DNA from: Tubiluchus corallicola
Lineage: Eukaryota; Animalia; Priapulida
Reading direction: 5' to 3'
Assembly (NCBI GenBank): GCA_030141605.1
Contig: JAQGDQ010000077.1
Span: 62,001-126,000, forward strand
DNA: 64,000 nucleotides
Part shown: piece by piece, positions 62,637 to 64,000 of the stretch
Position numbering within the stretch: position 1 is the first letter of the stretch
Layout of the letters: the number at the start of each line of letters is the position of its first letter
Notes under the pieces: generated by a model
Seen by the model: only the letters and a program-made list of their open reading frames with translations
What the model was told of the DNA's origin: nothing
Database searches by the model: none
Position numbers and translations under genes: made by a program

Positions 62637-64000
62637 AAATGCTATCATTTCTACAAATCTGGCGAGTGGAGCAAGGATGAAGATGGCATAGACGAATTCT
62701 GTCGTTGGTGTGCTCAAGGTGGCAATCTCATCTGTTGTGATTATTGCACGAACGCATTTTGTCAAACGTGTATTAAAAACAACCTTGGTCGCGGCGAATT
62801 GCGGAAGTTACGGGAAGCGGGAGAGGAAACCAAGTGGAGATGCTATGTGTGCAACCCTATTCCCATTAATGAAGCCATTGAAAGATGTGAATCTGTTTTC
62901 AAGAAATTAGCACAAATTGAAAAAGAAGAGCAAGAAGCAGAACATTCAAAGAAACTGATAATACCGCCGTCTTGTAGTAGTGAGCATCTTTTTACTATTG
63001 TCGATGACCTTGAAAAATCTATTAGTGCTTTACAGTCACATTTGCAGTCAGTGAAATCAGAACTTTGCACTGCAACAACTAGTACAAAAGACAAAACTGA
63101 TAGTGAACTGCAGAACACATCTAGTTGTGGACAGAAAAGCAGTCATAATTCTGTGAGTGCTTCAGTGTTAGCACCAGAGACAGCGATTTTGAAGGTTCAT
63201 TTAGTAACCTTGAAATTAAAAAAGTGTTTCAAAAGGTCAACAAAAGCCTTGTTACATCCTTCCAAATTGAAGGAGAAAAAAGCTAATTTAGCTTCTGTTG
63301 AAAGTACAGTGAATGAATCTGTGATATTAGAATCAGGTGATTCAAACAGCTCCAAAACACCTAAAAAAGTTAACTGCAAAGGAATAGAAGAAATATCTCT
63401 AGTCGAAGAAACTATTTTGTCAGATGAAGAACAGCCTGAGACTGTAACGGCTATCGATGAGACTGTAGATTCCGAACCAGAAGCTACATTTATTAATAGT
63501 CATCCAGAAACAACTCTTGTTCTTAAATCAAAGCCGACTAGTGTGAAAGTTACAGACGTTACTGAGCAGTATAAACCTAAACTAGTTGTGCTTGATGATG
63601 AGCCAGACACACCTGTGAAAAAATGTCATCCAGGTCAAGGTAAGCGACGTCACAGTGAATTAGGAGGTAAGACTGTATTGAATGAAAAGTGCGCTAAATT
63701 ATCAAATTCAAGAACTATTGATAGTGACGATGATGATGTACAGTTTATACCATCTGATAGTGAATCTGCCAAATCAAACTGTTTTAGTGGCAAGTTTATT
63801 TCAGAAGAGCAAATAAAACGCCATTTGCAATTAGAGCGCAGTGCTAAAGAATCCGAAGAACAGTTTTTAGCAAGATTAGAGAGAGCGGTTAAACAACTCA
63901 GCTGTGCTAAGAATTTTAAAGAATACACTCGGCGACTTCTAAAAGAATCGCTTAGTGACCAGAACAAGTTTAACGAATTCGGCCCAGAAGTGATAGATAT
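62637..64000 (+). CDS. ATRX: ATRX large exon (ADD PHD finger and low-complexity region); runs off the window
   Basis: tttcag|AAA; KC...DEDGIDEFCRWCAQGGNLICCDYCTNAFCQTCIKNNLG...WRCYVCNP; no stop seen; LxVxL-like LKVHL at about 63189. Confidence 0.95.

Noticed and set aside
62710-63967. Short ORFs listed over the last 1.3 kb
   Set aside because: Alternate-frame and antisense shadows of the open ATRX exon, which the ORF track omits, probably because it has no stop in the window.

Overview
Intron-rich, AT-rich animal genomic DNA, most likely an invertebrate bilaterian; no prokaryotic features, RNA genes or CRISPR arrays were seen. Three conserved genes were assembled by hand from splice sites and frame continuity: (1) the 3' 972 codons of an ASPP-family gene (PPP1R13B/TP53BP2-like, + strand, 9 exons, 100..20843); (2) a complete SLAIN-family gene (- strand, 10 exons, 47440..35060, about 533 aa); (3) the 5' part of ATRX including the ADD domain (+ strand, from about 55822 to beyond the window end). 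Between the convergent ASPP and SLAIN genes lies a near-perfect inverted duplication (arms about 2.06 kb, spacer about 1.4 kb). Each arm carries an identical orphan exon for a Gly/Tyr/Arg-rich peptide with no visible first exon. ASPP introns hold many tandem arrays, most of which start at a transposon end or an exon end. Many MITEs (hAT-, pogo/Tigger-, piggyBac- and Kolobok-like) and LINE relics are present. Identities and copy numbers are by-eye estimates.
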